From contig JBGAML010000001.1 in the NCBI GenBank assembly GCA_044223005.1, forward strand, positions 352,001 to 416,000: a stretch of DNA of 64,000 nucleotides, written 5' to 3'. Below, one piece after another: positions 58,881 through 64,000 of this stretch. This stretch comes from Candidatus Eiseniibacteriota bacterium. GTDB lineage: Bacteria; Eisenbacteria; RBG-16-71-46. Each line of letters begins with the position of its first letter. Position 1 is the first letter of the stretch. The position numbers and the translations under genes were made by a program. Under the pieces are notes generated by a model. It worked only from the letters and a program-made list of their open reading frames with translations, made no database searches and was not told the DNA's origin.

Positions 58881-60320
58881 ATGACTCCCGACGGCTCCGC
58901 GACGACACCCGCCAGCGCCTTTCCGCGCTGGCGGGTGTTTCCTCCCATCGCCCTGGGCGTGATCATGGCGACGCTCGACGCGAGCGTCGTCAACATCGCC
59001 CTTCCGACCCTGCAGCGCACGTTCGCGACCGCGTTCACCACCGTGGAGTGGGTGGTGCTCGCCTACAGCGTCACGATCACGGGGCTGCTGCTCTCGGCGG
59101 GCCGTCTCGCCGACCTGCGCGGGCGCCGGCGCGTCTACGCCGCGGGGCTCGTGCTGTTCACGCTCGCCTCGGCCGCCTGCGGGTTCGCACCGGGCGTCGG
59201 CGTGCTGATCGCGGCGCGCGTCGTGCAGGGCATCGGCGCGGCGCTCCTCTCGGCCAACGGCTCGGCGCTGCTCGTCTCGGCGTTCCCGGGCGAGGAGCGC
59301 GGCAAGGCGCTCGGCGCGTTCGGCGCCATGGTGGGCGTCGGGCTCGCGATCGGCTCGCCGCTCGGCGGCATCGTGATCCAGCACGCGTCGTGGCGCTGGC
59401 TCTTCCTGGTCAACGTCCCGCTCGGCGCGCTCACGCTCTGGCTGCTGCACGCCCGCGTGCCCGCCGACGAACCGGCCGCCGGCGCGCCGCCGCTCGACCT
59501 CGGCGCCGCGGCGGCGTGGTGCGCGGCGCTGGTCGCGCTCATGCTCGGGCTCTCGCGCGGCCCGGACGCGGGCTGGTCCAGCCCGCTCGTGCTCGGCCTC
59601 TTCGCGGTGACGGCGCTCGCGCTGGCCGTCTTCGCGCAGCTCGAGCGCCGCGCGCGCGCCCCGATGCTGCCGCTGCACATCCTCTTCGGTCCGCTCGGCG
59701 CCGCCGTGCTGCTCACGCTGATCAGCCAGGCGCTCACGATCTCGGTGGGCCTGAACGTCCCGCTCTACCTCGAGGACGTGCTCGGATACGACGCGCAGAA
59801 GAGCGGCGTCTGGAACATGATCCTGCCGCTCGCGGCGCTGCTGTTCGCGCCCACGGCGGGCAGGCTGTCGGACCGCGTCGGCGCGCGCGTGCTCACGACG
59901 CTCGGCATGGCGCTGACCGCGGGCGGGCTCTTCGCGCTGGCGCGCGTGAGCGACGGCCCGGGCACGGGCGCGCTCGTGCTGGGGCTCTGCCTGGTCGGCG
60001 CCGGGCAGGGGCTCTTCTCCGTGCCCAACGCGAGCGCGCTGCTGTCGCTCGTGCCGCGCGAACAACTCGGGATCGCCTCGGGCCTGCAGGGCACCACGCG
60101 CAACCTGGGCTTCAGTTCCGGCGCGGCGATGATGGGCGCGCTGATGGCCTCTCGCTACCAGCGGCACACGGGCCAGGTGCTCTCGGGGCTCGGCACGCGC
60201 GTGCACGCGGCAGGCTTCGCCGCCGCGACGCGGGACGCGTACGCGGTGATGGCGGTGATCGCCATCGTCGGCACGCTGCTCGCCGCGGTGCAGAAGCGTA
60301 CCGCGACCGCCGCGCAGTAG
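58881..60320 (+). CDS. MFS transporter, DHA2 (EmrB/QacA) type
   Basis: LD.SVVNIALP, GRLAD.RGRR, WRW.FLVNVP.G, GRLSDR.G.R. Confidence 0.92.
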   Translation: MTPDGSATTPASAFPRWRVFPPIALGVIMATLDASVVNIALPTLQRTFATAFTTVEWVVLAYSVTITGLLLSAGRLADLRGRRRVYAAGLVLFTLASAACGFAPGVGVLIAARVVQGIGAALLSANGSALLVSAFPGEERGKALGAFGAMVGVGLAIGSPLGGIVIQHASWRWLFLVNVPLGALTLWLLHARVPADEPAAGAPPLDLGAAAAWCAALVALMLGLSRGPDAGWSSPLVLGLFAVTALALAVFAQLERRARAPMLPLHILFGPLGAAVLLTLISQALTISVGLNVPLYLEDVLGYDAQKSGVWNMILPLAALLFAPTAGRLSDRVGARVLTTLGMALTAGGLFALARVSDGPGTGALVLGLCLVGAGQGLFSVPNASALLSLVPREQLGIASGLQGTTRNLGFSSGAAMMGALMASRYQRHTGQVLSGLGTRVHAAGFAAATRDAYAVMAVIAIVGTLLAAVQKRTATAAQ

Positions 60321-60356
60321 GTCGCCGCCCGGGCCCACCGGGCGGACCTTCGTCGC

Positions 60357-60827
60357 TCAGGCCTTTTCGCCCGACATGGGTGCGGGCGCGGCCTCGAGCG
60401 CCGGCGCCCAGCGTTCGGCGAACGCGGGCAGTTCGGCGAGCAGTTCCCCGAGCATCTCCGCCACGGCCGCGTCCGGATTCACGGCATCGCCCGAGACCGC
60501 GCGCGTGCCGCACGCCTCGGCGCTCCAGTCGCCGAGGGCCATGCGGTAGCCGCTCGCGGGCGCGTCGGGCGGCGCCGTCGCGCCCGCGGCGAGCCTCTCG
60601 GTGTTCGCGGGGTGCGCCCCGCGGCGCAGCACCCCGAGATCCCCGGAGACGACGTTCTCGTCGGCGGCGTGACGGATGGCGAGGAAGCGCGAGACGGACG
60701 CGTCGGGCTCGAACACGGCCCACACGACCTCGTGGGCGCGCGAGCGCATTGAACCGACGCGGGCGCCGGGGAAGCTCCCGCGCAGGAGCGAGAGCAGGCG
60801 GTCGGCGAGTGGCGAGACGTGTTGCAC
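60357..60827 (-). CDS. Hypothetical protein; start uncertain
   Basis: ORF with host-like codon pattern, no recognised motif. Confidence 0.45.
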   Translation of the reverse strand: MQHVSPLADRLLSLLRGSFPGARVGSMRSRAHEVVWAVFEPDASVSRFLAIRHAADENVVSGDLGVLRRGAHPANTERLAAGATAPPDAPASGYRMALGDWSAEACGTRAVSGDAVNPDAAVAEMLGELLAELPAFAERWAPALEAAPAPMSGEKA

Positions 60828-61033
60828 GGTCGTACCCGGAGGTGGAAATGAGAAGTTCCACCGGCGGGGGACCGGCGTGCGTGGACGCGCAAGTTCTCGG
60901 CGCGTCACTGCCGCGACTTCAGTCCGCGTCGCGCGTCGCGCGCACCCTCACGCGCCGACCGCCACTTCCCCGCGTCGCCGGAAAACACCGCGGGCGGCCC
61001 GGTGAGGGCCGCCCGCGACGGAACGACTCGCGA

Positions 61034-62989
61034 TCAACGCACGACGGCGCCGCGCGCGACGAGCACGCGTCCGTCCTGCGCCAGCCGCAGCAGGTACAGG
61101 CCCGGCGGCAGCGGCGCGCCGAGCGTGAGCACGTGCCGGCCGGCGCCCATGGCGCCCACTTCCTGGCGCACGACCGAACGGCCCGCGACGTCGAGCACTT
61201 CGAGCGTCGCCGGCGACGCACTGCCGAGCGCGAAGCTCACCTGCGCACGCGCGGGCGAGGGATTCGGCGAGAAGCCACCGAGCGCGAACAGCGTCGAGGC
61301 CGGCACGTTGATCCACGCCTCGGGACCGAAGCGCTCCGCGCCGCCGTCCGCCCATCCGAGCCGGTACGCATAGCGGGCACCGGCGGCGACGCTGGCGTCC
61401 TCGGCCGCGATCCGGCCTTCGCCGTCCGCGATGAAGTCACCGAGCGCCTGCCAGCCGCTGGCCTCCTCGCGGCGATAGAGCGTCGCGATCGCGCCGGGCG
61501 CGCCCGACACCTGCCACGCCAGCGACACGCGGTCGCTGGTCACGTCCGACGACAGCAGCGCCGCCGACACGGCGACCGCGCCGTTCAGGTCGAGCCGCGT
61601 GGCGTAGACGTCCTCGCCGTTGGTCGCGGCGTCGCGCAGGTCGCCCCAGCCCGCGATGAGGCCGCCGAGCGACGGCGCGAGCAGGAGCGTCGAGGCCGGC
61701 GGATCGAGCGGCACGATCGGCCGCCCGCCCGCGGGCCAGAACCCGGTCGAGCCGCTGGCGTCCACGTGCTGCAGGCGCACCTGCGTGTCGGTCTCGCTCG
61801 CGTCCGTCCACTGCGTGACCGCGAGGTACGCGCCGCCGCTGCCGTCGTCGAGCAGGTCGCTCTGCGGCGAACCGTACGTCATGGGCACGGGCGCGATGCC
61901 GTCGAGCGGCCAGCCGGGGACCAGCGTGCCGGTGGGCGAGAAGCGCGCCAGCCGCGGCTCGGTGTTGGCCGCCGGCGGGGCGACCACCCACTTCACCATG
62001 CCACCACCGGTGCCGTTGGCGACGATCTGCGTGATGGCGTCCACCGAGGCGATCGCCGAGCTGACCGAGAGGCCGGTCGCGGGCCAGCCCGCGGCGAGCG
62101 CGCCCGACGGGGTCACGCGCTGAACGGTGGCGACGCCCGGCTCGATTCCGTCGACCGAGTTCACGATCGAGATCAGCACACCGCCGGCGCCGTCCGAGCA
62201 CATCGAGAAGCCGACGTTCTCGCCGGGCACCGTGCTCACGGGCCGGCCGCGCGCCGGCCACGCCGGATCGCTGACGCCGTTCGACTTGAAGTGGCGGACG
62301 TACGCGGTCGACTGGTGCGCGAACGTCGTGAGCGCGAAGGCGACGTACACGCCGCCCGTCGCATCGGCGACGAGCATGCGGTCGTAGTCGGGGCCCGCCA
62401 CGGTGCCGAGATTGGTGCCGCTGGCCGGCCACGCCGGATCGAGCACGCCCGCCGACGTCACGTGGAACAGGTGCTGGCTGTTCGCTTCGGTGACCAGGAA
62501 CGCGCCGCCCACGCCATCGGGCGTCACCGCGACCGCGGTCTGCGCGAGGTCACCCGCGGGCAGCGGCAGCGCGAGACCGGCCGCGGGCCACGCGAGGGTG
62601 AAGTCGCCCGCGAAGCCGACGCGCCACAGACGCACGGGCGACGAACCGGCCGCACCCTTGCCGAGCACGAACACGCCGCGCGTCGCATCTTCGGCGACGG
62701 CGAACGCGCGCGCACCCGATGCGCCGCTGAGCACGAGGCCCGCGACGGACCATCCCGACACGGTGCCGCCGTTCAGGTCCAGGTGCTGGACGACGACCGA
62801 AGACGCCGCCGCGTCGGCGCTGACGACGTACGCACCGTACGCACCGTCGGTGCGGACGGCAGCCGGCGCCTGGTCGCCGGGATTCGTCAGGAGCGGGTTG
62901 CCGTTGAATCCCCATGCGAATGCAGCGTGCATCGGGGCGAGGCTGAGGAGCAGGGCGAATCCGAGTGCAACGGAGCAGCGGTACCGCAT
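61034..62989 (-). CDS. Secreted repeat beta-propeller-like protein with C-terminal T9SS-CTD/FlgD-like domain
   Basis: Signal peptide; ~7 repeats of DG.GG.....G....W(P/S)..G; C-terminal PNP...DVAGR...PGLYLLRL. Confidence 0.8.
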   Translation of the reverse strand: MRYRCSVALGFALLLSLAPMHAAFAWGFNGNPLLTNPGDQAPAAVRTDGAYGAYVVSADAAASSVVVQHLDLNGGTVSGWSVAGLVLSGASGARAFAVAEDATRGVFVLGKGAAGSSPVRLWRVGFAGDFTLAWPAAGLALPLPAGDLAQTAVAVTPDGVGGAFLVTEANSQHLFHVTSAGVLDPAWPASGTNLGTVAGPDYDRMLVADATGGVYVAFALTTFAHQSTAYVRHFKSNGVSDPAWPARGRPVSTVPGENVGFSMCSDGAGGVLISIVNSVDGIEPGVATVQRVTPSGALAAGWPATGLSVSSAIASVDAITQIVANGTGGGMVKWVVAPPAANTEPRLARFSPTGTLVPGWPLDGIAPVPMTYGSPQSDLLDDGSGGAYLAVTQWTDASETDTQVRLQHVDASGSTGFWPAGGRPIVPLDPPASTLLLAPSLGGLIAGWGDLRDAATNGEDVYATRLDLNGAVAVSAALLSSDVTSDRVSLAWQVSGAPGAIATLYRREEASGWQALGDFIADGEGRIAAEDASVAAGARYAYRLGWADGGAERFGPEAWINVPASTLFALGGFSPNPSPARAQVSFALGSASPATLEVLDVAGRSVVRQEVGAMGAGRHVLTLGAPLPPGLYLLRLAQDGRVLVARGAVVR

Positions 62990-63317
62990 GGGAGCAGTAC
63001 TCCTCGTCGGGGGATCGGGTTACGCGCGACGCGCGTGGTCCAGGCCGCCCCCCGGAACGAAAAAGACCGGCGAGCGACCCCTGAAGTTCGGGGGACTCTT
63101 TCCGGTCGGCCATCAGGTTCCCGCGTGGCGCCCCTTCGGTCAACGTGCCGTTCGCCAGCGTCGGAATGGCAGTTCCCGGCGCAGGAATCGGCCCGGTGAA
63201 TGACGCCGGAGGGCTCCGGGCCCCGGCCACCTGCCCGGCTGTCAGGTGACAACGGTGTGGCGTTTTGCGCGCACCGGTGATGCGAAACCGTTCACCCCGC
63301 CGTCACGAAAAGTTCTC

Positions 63318-63346
63318 TTGAGTCCGGGGGGCCACGTGCCGACAAT
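63318..63346 (+). promoter_or_regulatory. Putative sigma70 promoter for the candidate ncRNA / nadE leader
   Basis: TTGAGT-17-GACAAT. Confidence 0.5.
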
Positions 63347-63352
63347 CAATTA

Positions 63353-63626
63353 CACGTTGCCCGGGGCGCGAGGAATGTTGGGAATGGTCCTTGCAGCCCT
63401 ATGGCAGCTACCGTCGGCCCGTGAGCCGACGGGGTGAGATCGCAGGAGCCGGAAGGCGAACAGTAAAGAGATGGGGCCGAGAGCCCCCTGTCGCCGGATC
63501 GGTCGGAGCAAGGGAAACGGGCAACAAGTGCTCGAATCCAGCATCCCTCCTGCGTCGCGGTCGGACGAAAGCGTCCCTCCGCACGAAACGGGAGAGCCCG
63601 GCCATAAGCCGGGCGCTTTCGTTTTG
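63353..63626 (+). ncRNA. Candidate structured non-coding RNA or cis-regulatory leader, family not identified
   Basis: Successive stems with purine-rich linkers between a promoter and a terminator. Confidence 0.5.
63583..63626 (+). terminator. Intrinsic terminator
   Basis: gcccggc-cataa-gccgggc followed by gctttcgtttt. Confidence 0.7.
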
Positions 63627-63778
63627 GGGCGAATCGGTTCTCGCGGGCGGCTCGCGCGGGGTCACGCCGGGCCGGCACGACGCGCCGCCATCGCCTCGCA
63701 AGCGCGGCGCCCGCAGCACGTTCCGCGCACCCCGGCGCCCCGCTTGCGCCTCCCGGCAGGCCAACGCACACTCGCACC

Positions 63779-64000
63779 ATGCGTTCCCTCCGGCTCGGCC
63801 TCGCGCAGATCAACGCCACCGTCGGCGACCTCGACGGCAACTTCCGCCGCATCGTCCAGTCCATCGAAGCCGCCCGGAAGCTCGGCGTGGACCTGCTCGC
63901 GTTCCCCGAGATGGCCGTGACGGGCTACCCGCCCGAGGACCTGCTCTTGAAGCCCGCGTTCATCGCCCGGGCGATCGAGCGCACGCGCGACCTGCTCCCG
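63779..64000 (+). CDS. nadE: Glutamine-dependent NAD+ synthetase, N-terminal part (3'-truncated by window)
   Basis: MRSLRLGLAQIN.TVGDLDGN...FPEMAVTGYPPEDLL nitrilase-like N-terminus. Confidence 0.88.
   Translation, partial: MRSLRLGLAQINATVGDLDGNFRRIVQSIEAARKLGVDLLAFPEMAVTGYPPEDLLLKPAFIARAIERTRDLLP

Noticed and set aside
63442..63463. CAGGAGCCGGAAGGCGAACAG as SRP RNA helix 8
   Set aside because: Resembles CAGG-NNN-GGAA-NNN-AGCAG, but stem length and the AGCAG are wrong and these bases fit better in other stems; cmscan would settle it
63353..63626. 6S RNA, RNase P RNA, tmRNA, T-box or NAD+-I riboswitch
   Set aside because: No end-to-end rod, GAGGAAAGUCC, tRNA-like ends, T-box motif or recognisable nadA-motif core

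Overview
Very GC-rich bacterial chromosomal window with about 55 CDS and no rRNA, tRNA, CRISPR array, transposase or integrase that I can see. Secreted proteins ending in either a FlgD/T9SS-CTD-like Ig domain or a short 'TWGQLKSxYR' tail suggest an FCB-related candidate phylum such as Ca. Eisenbacteria (inference only). Housekeeping and metabolic genes include aspartate kinase, pabB plus a class IV aminotransferase, glucan phosphorylase, an AroH-TyrA fusion, a BshB1-like deacetylase, PBP7-like peptidase, Lon-like protease, rlmD, pepA, ABC and MFS transporters, and a partial nadE. Most notable observations: (1) two lower-GC, equal-length (972 bp) NHL beta-propeller genes, each sitting between direct repeats of a hairpin element like a cassette; (2) a family of composite palindromic intergenic elements, one containing a perfect 58-bp palindrome; (3) a conserved C-terminal TWGQLKSxYR tail on three secreted proteins, a candidate sorting signal; (4) a ~270-nt highly structured candidate ncRNA with its own promoter and terminator upstream of nadE; (5) an N-domain-less Lon with degenerate Walker B and pore loop, an AroH-type mutase fused to TyrA, and an orphan BoxB-like di-iron protein paired with a GNAT. 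All product calls come from motif recognition, not database searches.
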